A DNA stretch of 64,000 nt from Candidatus Dormiibacterota bacterium (GTDB taxonomy: Bacteria; Chloroflexota; Dormibacteria; Aeolococcales; Aeolococcaceae). The notes under the pieces were generated by a model. The model searched no databases. It saw nothing but the letters and a program-made list of their open reading frames with translations, and was not told where the DNA came from. This document shows, piece after piece, positions 51,369 to 59,514 of this stretch. A program made the translations under genes and the position numbers. Position 1 is the first letter of the stretch; the number at the start of each line of letters is the position of its first letter. The stretch is taken from the NCBI GenBank assembly GCA_963830305.1, contig CAWHLW010000004.1, forward strand, positions 154,303 to 218,302, in the 5' to 3' direction.

Positions 51369-53729
51369 TCAGACGGCGGTGCGGAGGTACTTCGGGAAGG
51401 AATCGACGGGATCTGTCGTGGCCACGCGCAGCGCCGGCAGAGTCGACGAAACGGGGAATTCCTGGGCGAGCACCGGCCTGCCGGTGAAGTAGCCCTGCGC
51501 GCGGTCGCAGCCGAGCAGGGAGAGCAACTCGAGCGATGCCAAGGTTTCGATACCTTCCGCGACGACGAGCAGTCCGAGCGAGTGACCAAGCTCGATGGTC
51601 GCTCGGACGAGCTTCACGTCCTGCTCGCGGCCGTTCGTGGACAGGCCACCGATGAAGGTGCGGTCGAGCTTCAGCTCGGTGATCGGCAGGCTTCCGAGGT
51701 ACGCGAGCGACGTGAACCCGGATCCGAAGTCGTCTATCGAGATCCCGATGCCGAGCGCTCGCAGCTCCTCGATGACCGCCTGGCATGCGGCGAAGTCACT
51801 GATGATTGTGGTCTCGGTGATCTCCAGGATCAGCGACGCCGGCGGCACGCGATGGCGCCGCAGCGATGCCTGGACCTGCTCGATGAAGCCGGGATCGAGC
51901 AGGTTCGAGGACGAGACATTCACCGACATGGCAATCCGGGTGCCCGTATCACGCCAGATGGCGCACTGCGCGAGCGCATGATCGAGCACGAGATAGGTCA
52001 GTGGTCCCATCAGACCGGCCTCCTCGGCGAGCGGGAGGAAGTCGAGCGGTGGGATCAGGCCGAGGCGCGCATGCGGCCACCGCACTAACGCCTCCGCGGC
52101 GATGATCTCGCCGTTGCGAAGGTCGATCTGCGGCTGGTAGTGGAGCACGAGACGCTCTTCTTCGACCGCCGCTCGCAGCTCCTCGACGAGCGCGAGGCGG
52201 TTGCCGCCGTCGTCGATCGATGAGGTGTAGATCTCATACGACCGATGAGCGAGCTTGGCGCGATACATGGCGACGTCGGCGCAACGCATCAGTCCGATGC
52301 TGTCCTCTGCGTCGGCGGGAGCAACGGCGATGCCGATGCTTGCGCTGATGCGGACGCTGACACCGTTGAGGATGAACGGCTGCTCGAGCAGCGCAGTCAG
52401 GCGCCGCGCGAGACCCGCCGCATAGTCGGGATCGCTGTCGATGAGGACGGCGCCGAGTTCATCACCCCCGATCCGGACGAGGACGTCCGAGGCGCGAAGT
52501 GAGCTCGTCAGGCGCGGCCCCAGCTGTTTCAGGAGCTCGTCGCCCGCGGAATGTCCAAACGAGTCGTTGATCTCCTTGAAGTGATCGAGGTCGACGAAGA
52601 GGAAGGCCAGGGTGCGCGTCGGTGTCGAGGGATCGGCATGGTCCTCGAAATACGCGTCCAGCAGCGTGGTCAGCTGGCGGCGGTTGCCGAGGCCGGTGAG
52701 CTCGTCGGTGTTCGCCTGGCGATGGCGCTCCTCCGTCAAGGCGCGCAGGCCTTGGACGGAGAGGGCGAGGCGCACGCCGACGACGACGAGAGTCGCCGTG
52801 GCCAGGTCGACCGCCACCTGGATCACGTGCTGTTGCAGCGCGCCCAGGACGAGAATGGTCAGCCCGGCGAGCGCGCCGGCTCCCGGGAGCACGAAGCCCG
52901 GCAGCCTTCCGCCTTCGAGCAGTTCGCGCTTCCCCGCAGGCACCCACACCGAGAGGGACATCAGGGTGATCGCGGTCGGCCAGGCGATGCCGTTGAAGAC
53001 GACGCCCGCCTGCGAGGTCGATCCGAAGAGGTTGAAGGTGTCCCCGATGCCATTCACCGCGCAGGCGGTTGCGAAGAGCAGCCACGGCAGTCGCCGACCC
53101 GGGAGGACGGCGGTGCCACCCACCACCAGGGCGAGGAGGAGCACGTCGCCGATCGGGTAGATGAGGTTGACCGCCACGGCGATCGGGGTGACGTCGGCAC
53201 CCAGGGTCCGGATGACCGCGTGGAATGCAAACGCTGCACAGACCGCCGCTGCGCCGAGTCCGGCGATGGCCCCGTCGAGCCACGTCGCCGGGAGGAGTCG
53301 TTTGATCTCCCGGCGGAGCATGAGCACGATCGCCGCGTACGCCAGCGGATAGAACGCGATGTAAAACGCGTCGGCGAGAGAGGGGGTCGCGACGTCCGCG
53401 CCGCCCCAGCCTTCCCAGGTGAGTACGAGGTCCCCGAGCGCCCAGGAAAGCACCGCAGCGCCAAGGGTGAATGCCACCGCCCGGCCGGGGAGCTTTGTGA
53501 ACCCACGCGCGAATAGCATGGCGATGAGGACGAACTCGTAGGCAACCACGCCCCAGCCGTCCACCCATGGCCACGAATCCGTTGGGGAGCGGATCAGCAA
53601 CGAGATCACATAGGCAACGAGCAATGTGGACATGACCGCGTAGCCCGCCCAGAGCGCCCGCGCGTATCGCCCGCCCGTGCTGAGGAATGTCGGGAGTGCC
53701 CGCCTTACGCGAGGGGCCGCGGTACTCAC
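51369..53729 (-). CDS. integral-membrane sensor plus GGDEF(variant GGDEL) plus EAL c-di-GMP protein
   Basis: About 300 aa multi-TM N-domain. GGDEF-type domain with RASD I-site and RIGGDELG. EAL domain with intact EALVRW, DDFGSGFTSLAYL, EGIET, QGY. Confidence 0.8.
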   Translation of the reverse strand: MSTAAPRVRRALPTFLSTGGRYARALWAGYAVMSTLLVAYVISLLIRSPTDSWPWVDGWGVVAYEFVLIAMLFARGFTKLPGRAVAFTLGAAVLSWALGDLVLTWEGWGGADVATPSLADAFYIAFYPLAYAAIVLMLRREIKRLLPATWLDGAIAGLGAAAVCAAFAFHAVIRTLGADVTPIAVAVNLIYPIGDVLLLALVVGGTAVLPGRRLPWLLFATACAVNGIGDTFNLFGSTSQAGVVFNGIAWPTAITLMSLSVWVPAGKRELLEGGRLPGFVLPGAGALAGLTILVLGALQQHVIQVAVDLATATLVVVGVRLALSVQGLRALTEERHRQANTDELTGLGNRRQLTTLLDAYFEDHADPSTPTRTLAFLFVDLDHFKEINDSFGHSAGDELLKQLGPRLTSSLRASDVLVRIGGDELGAVLIDSDPDYAAGLARRLTALLEQPFILNGVSVRISASIGIAVAPADAEDSIGLMRCADVAMYRAKLAHRSYEIYTSSIDDGGNRLALVEELRAAVEEERLVLHYQPQIDLRNGEIIAAEALVRWPHARLGLIPPLDFLPLAEEAGLMGPLTYLVLDHALAQCAIWRDTGTRIAMSVNVSSSNLLDPGFIEQVQASLRRHRVPPASLILEITETTIISDFAACQAVIEELRALGIGISIDDFGSGFTSLAYLGSLPITELKLDRTFIGGLSTNGREQDVKLVRATIELGHSLGLLVVAEGIETLASLELLSLLGCDRAQGYFTGRPVLAQEFPVSSTLPALRVATTDPVDSFPKYLRTAV

Positions 53730-53865
53730 GAGAGCAGCTTTGCCGATCTCGTGTTGAATTCCGGTTGCGTCTGTGGAACGACAATGTCCTCAGGCGGCAA
53801 AAGAGCCGGGCCGCGCCTGGCTCAGAATCAGCGGAAAGCCCAGAGATCCAGGAGGTGGGGCTGCC

Positions 53866-54336
53866 GTGGAAATTGACATCGTCGACACCGAGGCTCAGGT
53901 GCTCCGCCTGCTCCCGCTGATGCGCGCGTATTGCGACTTCTACGGCGTCGGGCCAGCCGATTCGGCGCTGCTCTCGATGGCGCGCTCGTTGATGGGAGAT
54001 TCAACCCACGAGGGAGTCCAACTGATCGCCACAGACCGAGGCGAGGACGTCGGGTTTGCGACCCTGTTCTGGAGCTGGGAGACGACCATCTCGGGCCGCG
54101 TCGGCGTCATGAACGATCTGTACGTCGTCGCGTCGTCCCGCGGCCGCGGGGTGGGTTCCGCGCTGATGAAGGCCTGTCTGGAGCGCTGCCGCGAGCATGG
54201 GGCGATCCACATGATCTGGCAGACGGCTCCCGACAACCTGCCCGCACAGGCCGTCTACGACCACCTGGGTGCAACTCGGGAGACCTGGATCGACTACTGG
54301 CTCGACACGGGGCTCCGCCTGAGCGGAACCCACTGA
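53866..54336 (+). CDS. GNAT-family N-acetyltransferase
   Basis: GTG with GGAGGTGG RBS. RGRGVGSALM acetyl-CoA motif. Confidence 0.7.
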   Translation: MEIDIVDTEAQVLRLLPLMRAYCDFYGVGPADSALLSMARSLMGDSTHEGVQLIATDRGEDVGFATLFWSWETTISGRVGVMNDLYVVASSRGRGVGSALMKACLERCREHGAIHMIWQTAPDNLPAQAVYDHLGATRETWIDYWLDTGLRLSGTH

Positions 54337-54372
54337 CCGTGGAGCGGGCGGCGGTGCTGAACTAGGTCCCGA

Positions 54373-54963
54373 TTACTTCTTCGCGGCCTGGTAGTACGGG
54401 TTGGCCCCCTGCGCGTGATCGGTGGTGTCCCGGACCTCGGTGATCTGCGGAAACCGCTCGAGGATCGCGACGCGCACACCCTGCCCCAGCGTGACCTCGG
54501 CCATGCCGCAGCCCTGGCACCCCCCGCCCATGTGGATGAAGGCGATGCCGTCGCTGACGTCGAGCAGATCGATATACCCGCCGTGACTTGCGACCGACGG
54601 ATTGATCTCGTCGTCCAGGAGCTGTTGCACGTCGCGGGCAAGGTCGTCGAACCAGAGCGGATTGGGATTGCTCACGGTCAGCGCGCCGCGGGAGCGGTCG
54701 GCATCGATGGTGATCCCGTCGAGGTACGGCGCCGATGCGAGCGGCATGGTGAAGCGCACGCCCGAAGGACCGTTGACCACCATCTCGCCGTCACGCTCGT
54801 CGCCGTCATTCACGAGGGAGAGGTCGTACGTGAAGGCGCCGGCCTCCCGTCCGGTGATCGCGATTCGCACGCCCGCATCCGGCTGTTTGCGGTTGGCCCG
54901 GACCTGCTCGATGCGGGTCAAAGCGAAGTCGGTGATTGAGATTCTCGGCTCTTTCATGCGCAT
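54373..54963 (-). CDS. Fe-S cluster assembly protein, NfuA-like (A-type-like N-domain plus Nfu C-domain)
   Basis: C-terminal Nfu motif MGGGCQGCGMAEVTLGQGV. N-terminal HesB-like fold. Confidence 0.65.
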   Translation of the reverse strand: MRMKEPRISITDFALTRIEQVRANRKQPDAGVRIAITGREAGAFTYDLSLVNDGDERDGEMVVNGPSGVRFTMPLASAPYLDGITIDADRSRGALTVSNPNPLWFDDLARDVQQLLDDEINPSVASHGGYIDLLDVSDGIAFIHMGGGCQGCGMAEVTLGQGVRVAILERFPQITEVRDTTDHAQGANPYYQAAKK

Positions 54964-55016
54964 CACCATGGTACGTCGGTGTGAAACGCCACGGTAGGCT
55001 GATCGGCGTGCCGAGG

Positions 55017-56264
55017 GTGATGCTGATCCTGCCCACCGAAACGTATCGCGCGACCCCGTTTCTCCACGCAGCCGAGCAACTCGGTCTGGACGTCGTGGTG
55101 GCCTCCAATGAGGCGCCGACCCTTGCACGGCTCATGGAAGGACGCGTGCTGACGCTCGACCTCCGTCACCCGGCGGAGTCGGCTGAGCGCGCCGCGAGCT
55201 TTGCGCAACGATGGCCGATCGATGCGGTGGTGGGAGTCGACGAGGGATCGGTGCTGACCGCCGCCAGCATCGCCGAACGCCTTGACACGCCGGCTCGTAA
55301 CCCGATGCCGTCGGTGGCGGCGACACGCGACAAACGCCTGCTCCGCGAATGCCTTGTGGCGAGCGGTCTCCCCCAGCCTCGTTGGGTTTCGCTCGACGTT
55401 GACGCCGGTGATGAGGACGTCAACCGGGCCGTCGGTACTGTCGGTCTGCCCTGCGTGATCAAACCGGTTGACCTCGCGGCGAGTCGCGGGGTGATTCGCG
55501 CTGACGACCTTGCCGGCGCGCGCGATGCCGTGCGCCGCGTGGGGTCGTTGCTGCGCGAGATCTGTGCAGACGATGCGGTGTCACCGATGCTTGTGGAGAC
55601 CTATGTGGACGGCGTCGAGGTTGCGCTCGAAGGCCTTGTGCGCCAAGGGTTTCTCGAGGTGATCGCCGTGTTCGACAAACCTGATCCGCTGGTCGGTCCG
55701 TTCTTCGAGGAAACGATCTATGTGACGCCGTCGCGCCTTGACCGCGCGGCACAGACCGCCGTCATCGAGGCGGCGCGAGCGGCAGTGTCAGCGCTTGGAT
55801 TGATGCACGGACCGGTGCACGTGGAGATCCGCATGGCCGGATCGACTCCGGTGGTCATCGAGGTGGCTGCGCGCTCCATCGGTGGCCTGTGCTCACAGGT
55901 CATTCGACTTGAGTCTGATGACGCACCGGGTGAGACGCGGTCGCTCGAGAACGTGATCCTGCGTGAGGCGTGCGGATTGCCGTTGGGCGCGATGCACATG
56001 GTGGACCCGGCCTGTGGCGTGTTCATGCTGCCCATACCGACTGCCGGCACCTTGCGCGGCGTCGACAGTCTGCATCGCGCCGAGTCGGTTCGCGGCATCA
56101 CCGGGGTGACCATCTCGATTCCCCTCGGCGAGCGTGTGCGCCCACTGCCAGAGGGAGACCGCTACCTCGGATTCCTCTTCGCTCGCGGGGACACGCCCGA
56201 GACGGTCGAGGCCTCGCTGCGTGCGGCGCAGGAACTCCTGGAGATCGAGATCACACCGGCCTGA
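55017..56264 (+). CDS. ATP-grasp family ligase of unknown specificity
   Basis: About 415 aa. ATP-grasp core LPCVIKPVDLAASRGV, ETYVDGVEVALEG, VHVEIRMAGSTPVVIEVAAR. Atypical T/G-ending codon usage. Confidence 0.6.
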   Translation: MMLILPTETYRATPFLHAAEQLGLDVVVASNEAPTLARLMEGRVLTLDLRHPAESAERAASFAQRWPIDAVVGVDEGSVLTAASIAERLDTPARNPMPSVAATRDKRLLRECLVASGLPQPRWVSLDVDAGDEDVNRAVGTVGLPCVIKPVDLAASRGVIRADDLAGARDAVRRVGSLLREICADDAVSPMLVETYVDGVEVALEGLVRQGFLEVIAVFDKPDPLVGPFFEETIYVTPSRLDRAAQTAVIEAARAAVSALGLMHGPVHVEIRMAGSTPVVIEVAARSIGGLCSQVIRLESDDAPGETRSLENVILREACGLPLGAMHMVDPACGVFMLPIPTAGTLRGVDSLHRAESVRGITGVTISIPLGERVRPLPEGDRYLGFLFARGDTPETVEASLRAAQELLEIEITPA

Positions 56265-56367
56265 GGATGCGTCGCGTCCCACGCTCCTTGTGCCTCTTGA
56301 GTTGAGCTGCCGCGACGTCCGGTAGGCATGCGCGTGACACATGCCACTAATGGAATATAATGGAGCC

Positions 56368-56719
56368 GTGACCCGCCCTTCCACGCCCTCCGACCTCTTC
56401 AACGCGATTGCCAAGCCGCACCGTCGCGAAGTCCTGGACGCGCTGATCACGGGTGAGAAGGCGGTCGGGACGATCGTGCATGACCTCTCGATGTCCCAAC
56501 CTCAGGTCTCAAAGCACCTGCGGGTGCTCAGCAAGGTGGGAACTCGTCAGCTGCCGGCCAGTGGGGCGCCGCCGGCTGTACCGCCTGGAACCGGCACGTC
56601 TTCAGCCGTTCCAAGAGTGGCTGGCCAAGTACGAGCAGGCGTTGCATGACCGGCTGGATCGGGTGGATGACTACCTGAAAGCACTGCAACACAACAAGGA
56701 GAGCGCCAGTGACAGCTAA
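56368..56719 (+). CDS. ArsR-family transcriptional regulator; frame break at AA 56541-42; probably leaderless (TATAAT at 56355-60)
   Basis: HTH LSMSQPQVSKHLRVLSKVG then LVSCRPVGRRRLYRL in the +1 frame. Commonly paired with the downstream SRPBCC gene. Confidence 0.65.
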
Positions 56720-57209
56720 TGGGCATGGGTCGGCAGTCATCGAATTCCCGAACGATCTCGAGATTCTCATCACTCGAGATTTCGACGCTCCGATCAATCT
56801 CGTGTTCGACGTCTTCACGAAGCCGGAGCATGTGAGAAAACATTTCGCGCCCTTCGAGGAGGAGGTGACGGAGTGCTCCATCGACCTGCGAGTTGGAGGG
56901 GACTACCACATCGTCATGGTCACCAAGGACGGCATCGAGTGCTCGTTTCGTGGTACGTACCTGGAGGTCGAGCCGCCGACCCGGACTGTCGAGACTTGGC
57001 TGTTCGAAGGGTGGCCAGGTGTAGAGGCCGTGGAGACGATGGATCTGCACGAAGCCGATGGAGTGACGAGGCTGACGTATAGCCTGGTCTTCCGCGACAA
57101 GGCCGGCCGTGACCACATGGACAAATACGATGGCCTTCTGTCCAGCTTCGACAATGTCGAAGCGTACGTGAGGTCACTGCTCGATCCAAAGGCAGCGGTC
57201 TCTGGGTAG
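56709..57209 (+). CDS. SRPBCC-superfamily protein (AHSA1/activator-of-Hsp90-ATPase-like)
   Basis: 166 aa, LEILITRDFDAPINLVFDVFTKPEHV typical of the AHSA1/polyketide-cyclase fold. Confidence 0.7.
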   Translation: MTANGHGSAVIEFPNDLEILITRDFDAPINLVFDVFTKPEHVRKHFAPFEEEVTECSIDLRVGGDYHIVMVTKDGIECSFRGTYLEVEPPTRTVETWLFEGWPGVEAVETMDLHEADGVTRLTYSLVFRDKAGRDHMDKYDGLLSSFDNVEAYVRSLLDPKAAVSG

Positions 57210-57213
57210 CCGA

Positions 57214-57284
57214 TGCCCCCTGGAGGAATCGAACCTCCCTCAACCGGTTAAAAGCCGGCTGCTCTACCGATGAGCTAAGGGGGC
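57214..57284 (-). tRNA. tRNA-Lys (anticodon UUU)
   Basis: Cloverleaf read by hand: acceptor GCCCCCT/AGGGGGC, D-arm GCTC/GAGC, anticodon stem GCCGG/CCGGT with loop CTTTTAA, T-arm GGAGG-TTCGATT-CCTCC. No encoded CCA. Confidence 0.8.
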
Positions 57285-57335
57285 CGGATCCAGGATTGTA
57301 TTGCCGCATATGCGCCACGCCCTACCATCGAACTG

Positions 57336-58061
57336 GTGACTGAAGAAATCCCTGGGTTCCCCGAGCGGTTTCCGGTCCGCGACGACGGGAAAAGGAGCTG
57401 GCGCTACAAGGCGGTCTCGCTGACCTGCCGTGCGACCCTTCGTGGATTCTTCGGGCGTGGTCTCCAACTCGATCGCATGTCGAAAATTCCGGCGGAGGGA
57501 CCGCTGCTGGTCGTCTGCAACCATCTCAGCAACATCGATCCCTGGATCTTCGGCGGCTTCGGACCTGGGGTGCTCTACTGCATGTCGAAGCGGGAGCTGT
57601 TCAAGCCCGCGATCATTGCCTGGATCCTGGCGGGGTGCAATTGCTTCCCGATCGACCGGGGCGCGGCCGACCGCCGCGCGCTGCGAACGGCGCTCGACAT
57701 TCTTTCCCGTCGCGGACGCCTGCTGATCTTCCTCGAGGGAACCCGCTCATCCACCCCGGGGATGCGACGCGCCGAAGCCGGGGTCGGATTCCTCGCGCGC
57801 CGTTCAGGCGCCTCCATCCTGCCCATCGGTGTCTGGGGCACCGAAGCTGCGCTGCCCCGGGGTCGCAAGTTCCCGAAACGGGTGCCCATCGGGCTTCGCA
57901 TCGGTCGCCCGTTCGCGTTGCCCGAGCGAGTCCCGGGGGAGCGGCGTGACGATCAGGCGGTCGCGGACCTCATCGGATCGCGAATCGCCGAGCTGCTGCC
58001 ACCCGCCTATCGCGGCGTCTACGCGTCGTTGGAGGAGCCGGCGGCGCCCCGAGTGGGGTAG
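57336..58061 (+). CDS. plsC: 1-acyl-sn-glycerol-3-phosphate acyltransferase (LPLAT family)
   Basis: HX4D motif CNHLSNIDP, FLEGTRS, PIGVWGTE. Confidence 0.8.
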   Translation: MTEEIPGFPERFPVRDDGKRSWRYKAVSLTCRATLRGFFGRGLQLDRMSKIPAEGPLLVVCNHLSNIDPWIFGGFGPGVLYCMSKRELFKPAIIAWILAGCNCFPIDRGAADRRALRTALDILSRRGRLLIFLEGTRSSTPGMRRAEAGVGFLARRSGASILPIGVWGTEAALPRGRKFPKRVPIGLRIGRPFALPERVPGERRDDQAVADLIGSRIAELLPPAYRGVYASLEEPAAPRVG

Positions 58062-58077
58062 AAGAGCCCGGGAGCGA

Positions 58078-59481
58078 TCAGCGCCCCCGGCGATTTGCCG
58101 CGGGCTTGGCGCGGGCTGACCGCGACGGGGCCGAAGGCCGCTTGGGGGCAGCAGAGCGAGCCGCCTTGGCTGGAGCTTTGGCCCCGCTCGATCTGGCGAC
58201 TGGCTTGGCGACGGTTTTGGAGGCGGGTGCCGCCTTGGCCTTTGCGGGTGGCTTCTTCGCGCTGGATTTGGCCGCGGGCTTCGCCACGGGCCTGGCTCCT
58301 GCTTTCGCCGCCGGCTTTGCGCTCGATTTCGCCACGGGCTTGGCGCTGGATTTCGGCGCCGGCTTGGCGCTGGATTTCGGCGCCGGCTTGGCGCTGGATT
58401 TCGGCGCCGGTTTGGCAGTCGCTTTCGAGGCGGCCTTGGCAGTCGATTTCGCGGATGACTTGGCGGGTCGCGCCAGGGGCTTTGCTGCGGTCTTGCTCTT
58501 GACCACCGGTCGGGACTTGGCGGCAGCCGGAGGCTTCACCTTGGCAGCAGACTTGGCGTTGGCGGCGGGCTTGGCCTTCACCGTGGGCTTGGGCTTCGCC
58601 GCCGCCGTGGTCTTGACAGCGGCCGCCGTTCGGGGAGCGGCGGAACTCTTTGCTGCCGGACTTTTGGCGGCTGGACTCTTGGCAACGGGCTTCGGTGGCG
58701 CGGCGGTCGTTTTTGTGGCCGGTCCCGCCTTCATGGAAGGGGTCGACCTGGCCGGCGATGCCGTGCGGGACGCGGTCGCTGCCGGCTGCGTCGTCGTGGC
58801 TGGGCGCTGGGGAGGTGCCGCTGCCGCCCGAGGCTCCGCTCGTTTTGCGGGTGCGGCAGCTCGGGGTGGCGCCGGAGCGACAACCGCCGGCGCCGGCTTG
58901 GGCTCGGGCTCGGCCTGCGGCGCCGCCGCTGCCCCGTTGGCCGCCGGCCGCGGTCCTCGATCGCCAACGCGGACTGGCTCGACCATGAGCAATGTGAGCT
59001 CGGCGTGGCGCTCAGGCGTCTCGGCGGTCTCGAGGCACGTGAAAGCGACGACCTCTTTGGTGTCCCGGTGGCGGTCGAACCGAACGATGGCCGTCTGGCT
59101 CAGCACGGTCTCGACGATACCGGTGGAGCCGACGGGGTAGTCCCCGATCGGGGTGCCCGTGCGCGGACGGGTGTTCGAGGTCAGAATCACGTGCTCGCCA
59201 ACCCCGAAAGGTGGCGGGGGCTCCTCGCGCGCTCCAGGCGGCCGTCCCGGCGTCGGCGAGGGCCGGGGAGCCGGTGCAACGACCACGGGCGCCACGACCG
59301 CGACGGTCTCCTCGTCATCGTCGTCGTCATCGTCGTCATCGACCTCGACAACCACGCCGATCTCGATCTCGATCTCGTCAGCGTCGTCATCGTCATCGAC
59401 GACCTCGATCACCTCGGCCGGCGGGGCGTCTGCTTCGTCCGGATCGGCGTCGACGCTGGGGTCGGTTGGTTCTTTGGGCAT
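58078..59481 (-). CDS. low-complexity protein: poly-Asp/Glu acidic N-terminus, ~80 aa globular core, ~300 aa Lys/Ala/Pro-rich histone-H1-like tail
   Basis: N-terminal VVDDDDDADEIEIEIGVVVEVDDDDDDDDDEE. Core GEHVILTSNTRPRTGTPIGDYPVGSTGIVETV...FDRHRDTKEVVAFTCLE. Tail is tandem KSSAKPAP-type repeats. Confidence 0.6.
   Translation of the reverse strand: MPKEPTDPSVDADPDEADAPPAEVIEVVDDDDDADEIEIEIGVVVEVDDDDDDDDDEETVAVVAPVVVAPAPRPSPTPGRPPGAREEPPPPFGVGEHVILTSNTRPRTGTPIGDYPVGSTGIVETVLSQTAIVRFDRHRDTKEVVAFTCLETAETPERHAELTLLMVEPVRVGDRGPRPAANGAAAAPQAEPEPKPAPAVVAPAPPRAAAPAKRAEPRAAAAPPQRPATTTQPAATASRTASPARSTPSMKAGPATKTTAAPPKPVAKSPAAKSPAAKSSAAPRTAAAVKTTAAAKPKPTVKAKPAANAKSAAKVKPPAAAKSRPVVKSKTAAKPLARPAKSSAKSTAKAASKATAKPAPKSSAKPAPKSSAKPAPKSSAKPVAKSSAKPAAKAGARPVAKPAAKSSAKKPPAKAKAAPASKTVAKPVARSSGAKAPAKAARSAAPKRPSAPSRSARAKPAANRRGR
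58337..58408. repeat. three perfect 24-bp tandem repeats (GGCTTGGCGCTGGATTTCGGCGCC) inside a longer degenerate array (~58290-58470) that encodes the basic tail
   Basis: Exact copies at 58337-60, 58361-84 and 58385-408. Flanking copies are diverged. A (GTC/ATC)n trinucleotide run at ~59312-59342 encodes the poly-Asp tract. Confidence 0.8.
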
Positions 59482-59514
59482 TCAGGCTCGTATGTGACGG
59501 ATCGGTAGACTGGG

